Source: Patescibacteria group bacterium | GTDB taxonomy: Bacteria > Patescibacteriota > Patescibacteriia > UBA10025 > JAHIVO01 | Length of the DNA: 64,000 bases | Direction of reading: 5' to 3' | Assembly: GCA_028718605.1 (NCBI GenBank) | Contig: JAQULM010000001.1 | Coordinates: forward strand, 413,719-477,718 | Part shown: one piece after another, positions 17,853-27,877 of the stretch | How the letters are laid out: every line of letters begins with the position of its first letter | How positions within the stretch are numbered: the first letter of the stretch is position 1 | The notes under the pieces: generated by a model | Databases searched by the model: none | Told to the model about the DNA's origin: nothing | Seen by the model: the letters and a program-made list of their open reading frames with translations, nothing else | Made by a program: the position numbers and the translations under genes

Positions 17853-18454
17853 AATGCTCTCGTAATGGCACGCCGCATCTGTTTGAAGTTTTTATATAAA
17901 ATCGTGTTTACGCCCATTTTGGAGGGTTCAACCAGGTTTGCCGCTTGATCATCGATGTAAACTATCTCAGATGGCTTTACCCGAAAACGGCGACAAATGT
18001 ACGCGACGGTCTTCTTGCTCGCCTTGGGAAGGTTCAGCGACTGCGTATTGATACTGTCGTCAAAATACTTCTTGAAACCGAGCGCTTTATCAAAATACGC
18101 AAACCACGCCACCAGGTTCTTGCTCAGGATAATGCACGTGTACCCGCGATGGCGCAAGCGAGTGACGTACTGCACGACTGATCTACGAAGTTCCGTATGC
18201 CGCAAGTGCCATGCCCTCATCGCGCGCCAGTCCTGGCGCCACCCGAGTTCTCGAATTGGGCGAATCCAACCCTGGCGTTCGGTGATCTTATTTTCGGCAA
18301 TTAAGTTGAAATACTTCGTATATAAAACGTTAAAAACCGCTTGCCATGGGGTTCCGTGGATTTTCGCGAAATGCCGGCTTGTTTTTTTATGGTCACCGAT
18401 CACGGTAACGCCGTTGAAGTCAAAAATGATTAATTGTACGTGTTTCTTGTTCAT
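17849..18454 (-). CDS. HAD-fold hydrolase-like protein with non-canonical motif I (DxN)
   Basis: LIIFDFNGVTV (motif I with the second Asp replaced by Asn), motif IV-like YIDDQAANL. Its ends overlap both neighbours by 4 nt. Confidence 0.65.
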   Translation of the reverse strand: MNKKHVQLIIFDFNGVTVIGDHKKTSRHFAKIHGTPWQAVFNVLYTKYFNLIAENKITERQGWIRPIRELGWRQDWRAMRAWHLRHTELRRSVVQYVTRLRHRGYTCIILSKNLVAWFAYFDKALGFKKYFDDSINTQSLNLPKASKKTVAYICRRFRVKPSEIVYIDDQAANLVEPSKMGVNTILYKNFKQMRRAITRAL

Positions 18455-19974
18455 AATTTTTTCATTATCCCCCTCGTCGCGTCCACTGCAACGCGACAGC
18501 CTGTTTTAAGAATGGTGACGGCTCTGGGCACCCCGACAATACACGGAACATTGAGCTCCCGCGATACGATTGCCGCATGGCACGTGAGGCCGCCCTCCTC
18601 GGTGATAATCGCCGCAGCCTGGCGCATCGCGGGCAACAGCGTCGGATTGGTCGCATACGAAACGAGGATTTCGCCGCGCTTGAAATCCTGCGCATCAGCA
18701 AGGCTGTTGACGGTACGTGCGGCTCCCCGCGCTGTCCCATTGCATGCAGGCGTCCCCGTGAGCTTCGAACGGTTCCGGCAGGGAGGCATCTGTATATTAT
18801 CACGGATAAATTTTTCAGCAGCGTTGCCGCTCACAATCCACCACGCACCCCGCTGGTACCTGCATATGAACAGCTGGCGGCGTCCGTTGATTTCCTTGAG
18901 ATCGGGCGCGCCCGTCTTGAGCGCTTGTGCAACCTCCTCGTGGGTCATGTACCGCACCTGGTCAACGCTCATATGGAGCCGCCCCGCAATTTCGCGGAAC
19001 AGCTTATGCATATGCCAACACGACTTGAACTGGTGCGCCTTGCGGAACGGCTGGAACCAGTATGCAAACTGGGCGATAGCGGCAAACCGGCGCTCCTGCG
19101 GGGAAAAATGTAGGTCTTTCATAATCCGCTGTTGCGTTCGGGCGAGCACCGCGGGTTCCGCTTTTTTCGTTTCATATTCCGCGCGGACATTCCCGCGGCG
19201 CAGAATATCCTGCACGAACATGATGAAATCCGCAATGTCCATCACCGGCCCTTCCCAATTGTGGAACAGCCAATGGTATGCGCGCTGTTGGCGCCGTAGC
19301 TCGCGGTACATGCGCGGATACTGCTTGCTGATTATCTCCTGAACGGCTGGGGCTGCAGTGGCCCTGAACACGCGGCTGAGCTTGGGCTGTTTGCTGACTG
19401 CATAACTTAATTTCAGGATATCGAGCGTCTGGCGGTAAAAGATCGTTGGCTTGGCCGGGACGGATAGGGCATGGAAGTATTCCGCCGCTTTTTTTGGCGC
19501 ACGGCGCTTCAGTATCTCCTTGATCGCGCCACTGAAATACGCTCGCTCGCCGAACTCAAAATTAAAAACGATATTCCCGTACGCGTAGCACGGCTCATCG
19601 AGCACGACGAAACGGCTGTAGAGCTTCGCGAGCTGTGCGTTGGCCATGGCACCGAGATCCTGCTTCCATATACGCTGGTAGGTAAATACATTCAACCGCC
19701 TGAGTGACGCCAGCGCGTTCAATTTCGTTTTTTCGACAAACCCCGGCTGGCGGACGGCCAATTGCTGGCAATGGTCTTGGAACCGATGCCAATCCGCGGG
19801 CGCCATAAAGTATTCCTGCACCTTTTCCCGGTTCACCATGCCGATTGGCGCGACCATGCCGACGTACTTCTGGTAATTCTTGCTCCAGAGCCGCACGAGG
19901 ATGAACTGGGGAAACACGCTGGTCTGCATGTCCCGCGCAATATACTCAAATTTCTTTCGTGTATGGTTTGGCAT
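18451..19974 (-). CDS. PEP-utilizing-enzyme swivel domain protein (paralog 2)
   Basis: C-terminal GTPACNGTARGAARTV...GEILVSYATNPTLLPAMRQAAAIITEEGGLTCHAAIVSRELNVPCIVG. I chose the start at Met21 (MPNHTRK) to avoid overlapping the upstream gene; the first ATG in the frame is at 20034. Confidence 0.75.
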   Translation of the reverse strand: MPNHTRKKFEYIARDMQTSVFPQFILVRLWSKNYQKYVGMVAPIGMVNREKVQEYFMAPADWHRFQDHCQQLAVRQPGFVEKTKLNALASLRRLNVFTYQRIWKQDLGAMANAQLAKLYSRFVVLDEPCYAYGNIVFNFEFGERAYFSGAIKEILKRRAPKKAAEYFHALSVPAKPTIFYRQTLDILKLSYAVSKQPKLSRVFRATAAPAVQEIISKQYPRMYRELRRQQRAYHWLFHNWEGPVMDIADFIMFVQDILRRGNVRAEYETKKAEPAVLARTQQRIMKDLHFSPQERRFAAIAQFAYWFQPFRKAHQFKSCWHMHKLFREIAGRLHMSVDQVRYMTHEEVAQALKTGAPDLKEINGRRQLFICRYQRGAWWIVSGNAAEKFIRDNIQMPPCRNRSKLTGTPACNGTARGAARTVNSLADAQDFKRGEILVSYATNPTLLPAMRQAAAIITEEGGLTCHAAIVSRELNVPCIVGVPRAVTILKTGCRVAVDATRGIMKKL

Positions 19975-19978
19975 ACCG

Positions 19979-21511
19979 TTATTGTACGCGTTTAATAATG
20001 CCTTTTCCCGCATCAACGGAAACCTTATCATCATCTTTTAAAACCTTGGTGGCAATTTTCGTGCCAATGACGCACGGCACTCCCAATTCCCGTGAAACAA
20101 TTGCCGCATGGGAGGTAATGCCGCCGGCGTCCGTAATGATCGCCCGCGCCCTGCGCATTGCGGGGACCAATTCAGGCGATGTTGCCGGTGAAACAATGAT
20201 ATCGCCAGCATTAAATTTCGGCAAATCACTCGCGTTCCGCAATATTTTTACGTGGCCTTCTGCCTTTCCGGCGCAGGCGCACATGCCGTGGAGCTCCTGG
20301 ACCGAGCCCTTCACCTGTAGCGAACGGTTAATCTCGGAAATAATTGCACGTGCTTCCCCGAACGGCAGCACCTTCCAGCGCATACCGTCAATCCACACAA
20401 CGGTTTGCTGCGCACGTCTGCGTAGATACGGGCGTGACAATTTTCCGGCGATCGCCGTGTACATTTCCCAGTGCGATAACGTTTGCGCTTCGGCAAGTGA
20501 AATGCCGAGGCGTTTGCTGATTTCAACAACCAACTCATGTACGAGGTACTGGCACCGCACCATCAGCTTTTTGCGCCAGCGTTTCAGGCCGGCAAGCTCG
20601 CGCAACAGTACGAAAAGTGTGCGGTGCTCCGCGTCGACTCCTGCGCGCTTGAACCACACGACCTGCTGCTGTCGAATGGCCTTATTGGCGGCGATTAAAT
20701 CACGCCGCTTGCGCTGCAGCAATGTTTTGGATAACTTCAGGTGCCGGAAAAAATCGTCAATAGTTTCGGCAAACGGCTTTTTCGGGCCGCTATACCCGTA
20801 CGACAAATATGAAAATCGGCCATGGTACCTCTCCAGCGTGAGTAATAATTCCGGATTCCTGGCCTGGCAATACCGCACGCACGCATCAACCGATTTCCTC
20901 GACGATGCAGGTACGACCTGCCGGAATTTCAAAGCAATCTCAATAAGCTTAATTTCCGTCGTACGGTTCTCGTTCACGCCCGTCGGCGTGGTGAGCACGG
21001 TAAAAATCGTGCCGACGTCATTCGCATACCGTGGCGGCACCGTGCCCTTCAAATACTCGTACAGCGGGCCTGACAGCAGCGGCTCCTCGAATTCCAGTAC
21101 TGTGCCGTACGTGCTCGCCGACAGCGTACGGAGCGCCAGCCCAGTCCAGCGTTCATATATGCGCAACAGTTCTGCGTCGGTCAATGCGGACAGGTCAGCG
21201 CCGGCAACCTGCTGCGAAAAACGTAAAATCAAACGCGCCTGCTGCCGCGTCGTGTGCCACATCCAGCGGAGAAATCGCGGATCCTTCCGCAGCTTCTGGA
21301 GTATCGCCTTTCCTGGCGTGGCAAAGCCGCCCTTCACCACGCATTCGCGGACAGACCGGCCGTGGTACACAAGTGCAATCGGGCCTGCGTGCGCGCCAAT
21401 CCGATTGCACGCCTGCGCCGCGCCGATGTAATACAATGACATGGGGAAATTCGCAGCCGGTTCCTCGTCGAGCTGCACCCACTGCCGATTTTGCCGCCGA
21501 ACAATCGCCAT
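19979..21511 (-). CDS. PEP-utilizing-enzyme swivel domain protein (paralog 3)
   Basis: C-terminal GMCACAGKAEGHVKIL...GDIIVSPATSPELVPAMRRARAIITDAGGITSHAAIVSRELGVPCVIG. Confidence 0.8.
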   Translation of the reverse strand: MAIVRRQNRQWVQLDEEPAANFPMSLYYIGAAQACNRIGAHAGPIALVYHGRSVRECVVKGGFATPGKAILQKLRKDPRFLRWMWHTTRQQARLILRFSQQVAGADLSALTDAELLRIYERWTGLALRTLSASTYGTVLEFEEPLLSGPLYEYLKGTVPPRYANDVGTIFTVLTTPTGVNENRTTEIKLIEIALKFRQVVPASSRKSVDACVRYCQARNPELLLTLERYHGRFSYLSYGYSGPKKPFAETIDDFFRHLKLSKTLLQRKRRDLIAANKAIRQQQVVWFKRAGVDAEHRTLFVLLRELAGLKRWRKKLMVRCQYLVHELVVEISKRLGISLAEAQTLSHWEMYTAIAGKLSRPYLRRRAQQTVVWIDGMRWKVLPFGEARAIISEINRSLQVKGSVQELHGMCACAGKAEGHVKILRNASDLPKFNAGDIIVSPATSPELVPAMRRARAIITDAGGITSHAAIVSRELGVPCVIGTKIATKVLKDDDKVSVDAGKGIIKRVQ

Positions 21512-21516
21512 ACTCC

Positions 21517-22107
21517 CTACGAATACTTTTTTAACAGCAACCTCCCTGCCTCGCGGATACCCTCAATGCGGTAAAAAATAAACTTGTCCTGGGTAGTGAT
21601 GCCCCACTCAAGTATAACATTTTTAAGCGCCAACTTCCGCACTGCCTGCAGTACTGTCGTACGCTGCCCCGGCGTAAGCGTTGCGCGGTCGCCAACGGTG
21701 CTGGCGAGGCGGAGCTTTGCGTCATAATAGTACGCGGCATCTACCTTGCCGTGCCGCATCAGGTCAACAACAGCGCCCTTCACTGTTTCGATAACGGCAC
21801 GGTGCTTTTCAATGAGCAAGGTGCCCGCGCGCTTCCACTTCCACGACGGGTAGACAACGAAAAGTGCCCTGCCACCAAGCTGCTTTTGGAATTTATCGAT
21901 CGTCGAAGGCACCTGGTTTTTTGGCAGCCAATTCGTATAGACATTTTTCCATGCGCCCTTGGTAACGGCAACGGTACGGATCGTCCAACCAACGTAGTCT
22001 TTGATACCGAAAAACTTCTCCAAGTCGCGCGACGTACGGACAAATTCCCACTCCGGGTGGGGCAGTTTTGCGCGGTCAATGAGTTGGAGGCCATGGAGGA
22101 TCGTCAT
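21517..22107 (-). CDS. Hypothetical protein in the swivel-protein operon
   Basis: 196-aa ORF tightly packed between paralog 3 and the second HAD gene; no recognisable motif. Confidence 0.4.
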   Translation of the reverse strand: MTILHGLQLIDRAKLPHPEWEFVRTSRDLEKFFGIKDYVGWTIRTVAVTKGAWKNVYTNWLPKNQVPSTIDKFQKQLGGRALFVVYPSWKWKRAGTLLIEKHRAVIETVKGAVVDLMRHGKVDAAYYYDAKLRLASTVGDRATLTPGQRTTVLQAVRKLALKNVILEWGITTQDKFIFYRIEGIREAGRLLLKKYS

Positions 22108-22727
22108 ATGAGCTGCCGTAATTCGTCAATCTCCCGAAATACGTAGTCCGGTTTTTCTTTCAGCAATTCCTGCTCGCGCTTATAGCCCCACGTGACAGCG
22201 CCAGTCAGGATTCCCTCCCGCTTCCCAACTTTAACTTCATGCGCGGTGTCGCCGATAAATATCGTTTCCTGGCGGTTCAGATGGTGCCGCTGGATCGCAC
22301 TTTCAATAACCCGAGCTTTGTCATGAATATCATAAACGATCTCATTGAAAACGCGCTCGAGGCCAAACTTTTTCAATTCCGGAAAAATCGTTTCTTTGAT
22401 GTCGCCACTGATGACGATCATGTATTTTCCGGCGTGGTGCAATGCACGAATACTATCGATAATGCCGGGAAAAGGGTTCGCAGGGGGCCGGCGCAGTATT
22501 TCCCGATGAAAAATCGCCGACTCCTCCTCGAGCGTCAGGTTGGGCAGGTATTTTTGGTAAAAAAGGATATACGGCTGGTCCCATGCTTCACGAAATTCCT
22601 CGAGTGAAATCCGCGGGGCTTTGTAGGTATCAAAAACAACCATCGCGACATCATAGACGTTCTGGATGTTGTCGCTGATGACCCCCGCCCAGTCGAAAAT
22701 GATATTCTGAACCTTCGGTACGCTCAT
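22104..22727 (-). CDS. HAD-fold hydrolase-like protein with non-canonical motif I (DxA)
   Basis: NIIFDWAGVISD (second Asp replaced by Ala), motif IV-like IFIGDTAHEV; 4-nt overlaps with both neighbours. Confidence 0.65.
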   Translation of the reverse strand: MSVPKVQNIIFDWAGVISDNIQNVYDVAMVVFDTYKAPRISLEEFREAWDQPYILFYQKYLPNLTLEEESAIFHREILRRPPANPFPGIIDSIRALHHAGKYMIVISGDIKETIFPELKKFGLERVFNEIVYDIHDKARVIESAIQRHHLNRQETIFIGDTAHEVKVGKREGILTGAVTWGYKREQELLKEKPDYVFREIDELRQLI

Positions 22728-24373
22728 AATTTTTTCACGATCCCTTTTGTCGCATCGACCTCCACCGTATCACCGTCCTGGAAGACCTTTGTCGCAATTT
22801 TCGTGCCGATGACGCAGGGAATTTTTAACTCACGGGACACAATCGCCGCATGCGACGTGACGCCTCCCTGCTCCGTGACAATCGCCGCGGCTTTTTTCAT
22901 TGCCGGCACGATGTCGGGGTCAGTAGCGATTGAAACAAGAATGTCCCCTTTCTGCATCTTTGCCATGTCTTTTGGCCGTATGATAATTCGTACAACGCCG
23001 GTTGCCCTGCCGACGCAACCGACCTGGCCGGAAATTTCACGCACGCCGGTAGCTACGGAACGAGTTGCAGTCCGCGCGAGGCGTTGCGCCTTGGCACCAC
23101 TAAAAACCCCCTCGGAGCCACGTTCGTAATAATACACGGCAAGCGCTGGGCGCTTGCGCAACGCTGCACGGTTCAACCTCCCGCGCATGAGTGCGGCGTG
23201 CACCTCGTCGCGCAGCATGAAACGCACCTCTCGTAATGAAAGCTTCAGCCGCCGCGCGATTTCCTGCACCACCGGCTGCATCCGGTAAATGGCGTAGATC
23301 TGGGCATAGCGCCGGTAAATCTTGGTTACCATGAAATCGCCCCACTCGCTGAACACCGAGCGCCACGGATTGCGGATTTTGAGCTTCCGCACCAGCGCGG
23401 CTTGTTTTATTTTTTGGTTGTTAAATTCCGTCCGTATCCGCGCCAGCTCGCGGCTGGGATTCACGCCCGTGCCGATCAGCTTTACGAGCTCTTTGAGGTA
23501 ATGCTCGAATGTATACACCCCTTCCTTGCCGATCCACATGAACTTCACGTAGAAATACCGGCGGTAGTGCTGCTCGATGCGCTTCAGGATCGATGGCTTG
23601 ATAATATCTTTAATTCGTTCCGCGCGCTCTTCGAGCAGCCGTTCGTACTCCGGCGTGTGGGTTTTGAAGCCGTACGGCGCCGCGTCCTGCTCAAGGAATG
23701 ATTTATACAAATTGCGGAACACGCGTTGCTGTTTCCGGTCGCGGCAGATGCCTGCGGCCAGTCCCAGGAATTGCTCCCGTTCAATCTGTATCAGCGATTT
23801 TAAGCGCGGCTGCGTTAAAATGACGAGGCACTCATTGACTTTTTTTTCAGGGACGAGCCTACGCAAATACCCCTTGAGCCGGTTTGTCAGGTTGTCGTGG
23901 AACATGTCGGCTGCAACGGGAATCCAGCCCCACTGGTAGTACTGCGTGTGCACTGCGTCATGGCGCCGGTACCAATCCCACAGCTGGCGGTTGGAAAGGC
24001 GCTCGAGGTGGTCTTCGGGAATTGTGCCTGCGAACCTACGCAGTGTATCAGACCATCGGACGATGCCGCGGTTCACCTGACGGGCGAAGGACGGATTGCT
24101 GACGATGCGCTCGGCAATATGCTCACCAACGCGGTTCGAATCCTCCTCGCCATAATAAAACCACAGGTGGTACCCCCGGAACACCGCGAGCAATTTTTTA
24201 TACCGGGCACCAGCCGGGTGTGCAAATTCGTTGACAAAGCAGGACTGCCAGATCTGCGCGAAGAACGGGTCCATGTCCGGGATGTCCTCGGCAAGTATCC
24301 ACGGGTCTGTATCCGCAAGGTAATTGAGCCGCTTTTTTGCCATAGTATTAGCGTAAGTATACCTATTTTTCAA
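22724..24373 (-). CDS. PEP-utilizing-enzyme swivel domain protein (paralog 4)
   Basis: C-terminal GQVGCVGRATGVVRII...GDILVSIATDPDIVPAMKKAAAIVTEQGGVTSHAAIVSRELKIPCVIG; N-terminus MAKKRLNYLADTDPWILAEDIPDMDPFFAQIW. Confidence 0.8.
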   Translation of the reverse strand: MKNRYTYANTMAKKRLNYLADTDPWILAEDIPDMDPFFAQIWQSCFVNEFAHPAGARYKKLLAVFRGYHLWFYYGEEDSNRVGEHIAERIVSNPSFARQVNRGIVRWSDTLRRFAGTIPEDHLERLSNRQLWDWYRRHDAVHTQYYQWGWIPVAADMFHDNLTNRLKGYLRRLVPEKKVNECLVILTQPRLKSLIQIEREQFLGLAAGICRDRKQQRVFRNLYKSFLEQDAAPYGFKTHTPEYERLLEERAERIKDIIKPSILKRIEQHYRRYFYVKFMWIGKEGVYTFEHYLKELVKLIGTGVNPSRELARIRTEFNNQKIKQAALVRKLKIRNPWRSVFSEWGDFMVTKIYRRYAQIYAIYRMQPVVQEIARRLKLSLREVRFMLRDEVHAALMRGRLNRAALRKRPALAVYYYERGSEGVFSGAKAQRLARTATRSVATGVREISGQVGCVGRATGVVRIIIRPKDMAKMQKGDILVSIATDPDIVPAMKKAAAIVTEQGGVTSHAAIVSRELKIPCVIGTKIATKVFQDGDTVEVDATKGIVKKL

Positions 24374-24466
24374 TCACTTCTGCAAATAAAAATCCACCCA
24401 AAAACCTTCGATAGATATCCATTGAAACCATACCCGGATTATGCCGCCGTTTGAAAAATGGTACCC

Positions 24467-24494
24467 TTGACTGAACCATATATTTCGGTATATT
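24467..24494 (+). promoter_or_regulatory. Sigma70-like promoter
   Basis: TTGACT (24467-72), 16-nt spacer, TATATT (24489-94), upstream of the GGGAGG SD and the ATG at 24552. Confidence 0.5.
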
Positions 24495-24551
24495 CAAGCT
24501 ACAAACAGCTCATTGGCAAAAGGGGGGCCAAGAAAACCGGGAGGTATTGTA

Positions 24552-25006
24552 TGGAGTACTATCTGTATGTGGATTTAGAACAAGCGTACTGGGAAATCAC
24601 CTTTGCATTCGGTGAAAACCAACAACCGAGTACTGTCTGGCCACTTCTACTGGGCAAATGTATACCCAAAAACGCGAAGCAAGTTGCCTGTGATGGCGGT
24701 CAGTCATATTTTGACTTCGTGTATGAGACCGAAAGGGTAGTCCTGTGTTTTTGGGAGGCAGGCGAGTTTATCATTTTCCTCCGCCATCTGAAGGGGGACG
24801 ATAAGGCGTACGTCACTTTCATACGCGAACTAAAAGACCCCGGCCTAGCAGAGCAGTACGCAAGCCAGGCAACGGACCTTTTCAAGCCCATGCTCCAAAT
24901 GACGGCTTCACGGCAGCTCGAAATGCTGGCAGATGACCCGATAATTAGTTTGCTGCGGGAAGCGTACATTCTCTCCTCTCTTCCAGTCTCAACATCAACT
25001 CAATGA
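24552..25006 (+). CDS. Small hypothetical protein (151 aa)
   Basis: Start MEYYLYVDLE is preceded by the SD GGGAGG at -13. The ORF is embedded between minus-strand swivel genes and is followed by a hairpin terminator. Confidence 0.45.
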
Positions 25007-25017
25007 AACTGATGCCA

Positions 25018-25047
25018 AACCGCCTGGGTTCCCTGGGCGGTTTTCAA
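25018..25047 (+). terminator. Rho-independent terminator
   Basis: ACCGCCTGGG-ttc-CCTGGGCGGT stem (two G-U pairs) followed by TTTT. Confidence 0.5.
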
Positions 25048-25115
25048 TTGTGGGGGCCGGGCAACGAATGGAGTGGGTGCTGCAGCACGCTTCCATAAAT
25101 CACCAACGTGGAAAA

Positions 25116-25382
25116 TTAAAACCTCCTGTAAACTTTAAAAGGATTCTGTGAAGCAATATGCTCGCCAACGCGGTTTGAATCCTCGTGGCCATAATAAAAC
25201 CACAGGTGATACCCACGGAATATCGATACCAACTTTTGATACCGAACGCCTGACGGTTTAATAAACTCATTCACGAAGCAGGACTGCCAGACCTGCGCAA
25301 AAAACGGGTCCATATCCGGGATGTCCTCGGCAAGCATCCACGGGTCTGTATCATGCAGGTATTTCAATGGCTTTTGAGGCAT
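25116..25382 (-). pseudogene. Truncated duplicate of the 5' end of swivel paralog 4 (gene fragment)
   Basis: The translation MPQKPLKYLHDTDPWMLAEDIPDMDPFFAQVWQSCFVNEF...YHLWFYYGHEDSNRVGEHIA aligns with residues ~10-95 of 22724..24373, and nt 25140..25382 are ~85% identical to 24110..24373. The ORF ends after 88 codons. Confidence 0.7.
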
Positions 25383-25463
25383 AGAATTACCGTTAGTATA
25401 CTCGGTTTAACTGCACATTCGCAAATCAAAAACAGCCCCTAAAAAGGCCTTCCGCTGAAATAA

Positions 25464-26993
25464 TTACTTAATCCTGCGGACGATCCCCTCATTGGCATTC
25501 ACCTCAACCCGATCGCCGTCTTTGAATATGTCGGTCGCCACCTTTGTACCAATAACGCAGGGGATATCAAACTCGCGGGACACAACAGCGGCATGGCTGC
25601 AGATGCCACCCTCATTGGTAACAATCGCCCCTGCTTTCCTGCACGCGGTAATAATCTCTGGCCTGGTCTGGCCCGCGACGAGGATGTCACCCTTTTTCAT
25701 CTCGTCAATTTGTGGGGCGAGCGGCTTGTCGTACGTGATAACCTTCACGCGACCGACTGTCCTGCCCGGCGAACCAATTTCCCCATGCACCTCGCCGGTT
25801 CTTTCAACGCGCGAGTGCTCGCGGACGTACCGAACCAAGTTGCGGGCTTTCAAGCCGGTGTATAGTTCCAGCTTGAAATTGTGCAGCCAGAGTACGTACA
25901 GCGTTTTCCGTTTGCGGAGATCGGCGGCTGGCAATTGCTTACCGTGGATGAGGCAATCAACAATCTCTGTGGTAAGGCAGAACTGGGAGAGCTCCGGATT
26001 GATCTTCGACCGGCGCGCAGCCTCGTGGTACAGGCGCATGCCAAAGTGCATTCCCTGTGTCCAGCAAAACCGGATGCAGAAGCGGGTGTACGCGTACTCC
26101 TGGAGCATCGCAACCAACCGTCGGTAGGTTGGACTCACCCGGTACTGCGCCAGTAAACGTTTATTTTCACGAATTACCGTGCGCTGGCGCGACTCCAGCT
26201 CATGGAGTTTGGATTTCAACTCACGTGGCTGCTGGTGGAGCATGGTTTGGAGATTTCGGACACAGTCGAGCACGGTGTACGGCTGGAGGTTGCTGTCCGC
26301 GGTGAGCCATTCGTACTGCTGCTGGTGCACTGCAATTTTCTGGAATAGGCCCGGGTACTTCTTTTTAATCACCGCTGCGGCGCGCTGCGGACCAATGTCT
26401 TTTAATTTTTTAATAAAAGCACCATGCTTTTGCGCCTCCAGCACAATTCGTATCCACTCAATTTCTTCTTGCTCGAATTCGAACCGCTTCACCGGCCGGA
26501 CGAGCGAGCGGAGCACATCCTCACGCTTCACGGTGTTTGAAACCTTCCCGGCCAAGTACTGGCGCAGCTCCTGCTCGACGCCGATCGTGTACCAGTTGAC
26601 CGAGGTCTGGAACCGGCCGTAGACATTTATCAACGTTTTCAAGTATCGCTGCGCGAACAAACCAAGCTGACGAGTCGGTACGTTTGCGACGTCCAACTTT
26701 TTCAATTCGCTAATCTCACGGTACATCCGCCGCAGGACGCGCCACGTTTCAACGAGATCGGCCCTGACGAACGGTGGATTGGTCAGGTTGCGGTAGCCGA
26801 CTGTCGCGATGCGTGGCAGGTCCGCCTCGTCCATGAACGCCTGGATCTTGTTCCGCTCAGAAAGAAAAATGAAGTCGCGCGACCCGAAGCCGTGGATCTT
26901 TTGGTTCCACAGAGTATTGCCCCAGGCAGCGATCTCCGTGCGGAGCATGTAGTTTCGTACCTCGAACATCCGTTTGTACCGTTGTGCTGCCAT
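25464..26993 (-). CDS. PEP-utilizing-enzyme swivel domain protein (paralog 5)
   Basis: C-terminal GEIGSPGRTVGRVKVI...GDILVAGQTRPEIITACRKAGAIVTNEGGICSHAAVVSREFDIPCVIG. Confidence 0.8.
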   Translation of the reverse strand: MAAQRYKRMFEVRNYMLRTEIAAWGNTLWNQKIHGFGSRDFIFLSERNKIQAFMDEADLPRIATVGYRNLTNPPFVRADLVETWRVLRRMYREISELKKLDVANVPTRQLGLFAQRYLKTLINVYGRFQTSVNWYTIGVEQELRQYLAGKVSNTVKREDVLRSLVRPVKRFEFEQEEIEWIRIVLEAQKHGAFIKKLKDIGPQRAAAVIKKKYPGLFQKIAVHQQQYEWLTADSNLQPYTVLDCVRNLQTMLHQQPRELKSKLHELESRQRTVIRENKRLLAQYRVSPTYRRLVAMLQEYAYTRFCIRFCWTQGMHFGMRLYHEAARRSKINPELSQFCLTTEIVDCLIHGKQLPAADLRKRKTLYVLWLHNFKLELYTGLKARNLVRYVREHSRVERTGEVHGEIGSPGRTVGRVKVITYDKPLAPQIDEMKKGDILVAGQTRPEIITACRKAGAIVTNEGGICSHAAVVSREFDIPCVIGTKVATDIFKDGDRVEVNANEGIVRRIK

Positions 26994-27877
26994 TACGGAG
27001 CCTCCTCATACCGATGCGCCTCTATGTACGCCTGGCTTAGACGTTTAAGTTCCTCCATATCGATGCGCCACTTCAAGCCCTTCAGGCGCTCGATATCTCC
27101 GAACCGAGGCACGACGGTTTTCTCACCCTTCTGGTCAATCGTGACGTCCAGCTCGACGAACTCAACGGGTTTGAACGATCCGCCGATCTCCTCTACGCCC
27201 TGGAACCCCCGGCGCTCCTCGCCCGTCTCGGGGTCCTCGATAATCAGACACTTACTCAGGAAGCAGGTGAGGGGCGTATTGTGAGATACGTCCACGAGCA
27301 CTGCCCGAGAACCGCTCTTGAGGTGATCAGCCATCCGTATCTGCGTATCGACAAAGTGCCCGATATTACTCGCTGCCTCTTCCGTATACACGGGATCCTG
27401 CAGCGCCTTGTTGCACAGGAAATCCTCGGCTTCCTGCATAGCCCGCAGTTGCACGTCTGGCGCCAACGAATCAAACTGCGGGTAGTGTTCCTCGAGGTAC
27501 TGCTTACCATACTTTACCCACCCGCCCTCCGGGAAACTCCGTATTGAAGAGTAATCAAGCTCTTTCCGCTGGCGTGGGTCGAGCTTGATGAACGTTTCAT
27601 CGGAGGCACTCCCCACAATGTTATCGCGCGTCCGGTCTGCGCGCTGCTGTCCGCTCGCATACCCCTTGAGCCCAGACTGCTCTGTGGCAGTGAACGAACG
27701 ACCGTAGTCCTTTGTGGACTGTTCACCGCGAGGGCTCAGCAAACCGTACATCTGACCTGGTTCTTTATCACCATGCCTTCCGAGCCTGATTATCAGCTGC
27801 ACGTCACGACCACGCTCCCTCGCCTCGCGATCAGGAGAGCTATTCATCCCGTATTCTATTGGTCCTCGTTCAACCAT
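26993..27877 (-). CDS. Histidine phosphatase superfamily protein
   Basis: LIIRLGRHGDKEPGQ...LSPRGEQ (RHG motif plus the LSxxGxxQ motif), a later VLVDVSHNTPL second-His segment; a 1-nt TAATG overlap with paralog 5. Confidence 0.6.
   Translation of the reverse strand: MVERGPIEYGMNSSPDREARERGRDVQLIIRLGRHGDKEPGQMYGLLSPRGEQSTKDYGRSFTATEQSGLKGYASGQQRADRTRDNIVGSASDETFIKLDPRQRKELDYSSIRSFPEGGWVKYGKQYLEEHYPQFDSLAPDVQLRAMQEAEDFLCNKALQDPVYTEEAASNIGHFVDTQIRMADHLKSGSRAVLVDVSHNTPLTCFLSKCLIIEDPETGEERRGFQGVEEIGGSFKPVEFVELDVTIDQKGEKTVVPRFGDIERLKGLKWRIDMEELKRLSQAYIEAHRYEEAP

Noticed and set aside
25383-25463. Possible terminator (AGGCCTTTTTAGGGGCTGTTTTT on the minus strand) after paralog 5
   Set aside because: I could not build a convincing stem (only 4-bp CAGC/GCTG with a 19-nt loop); it is left unannotated.
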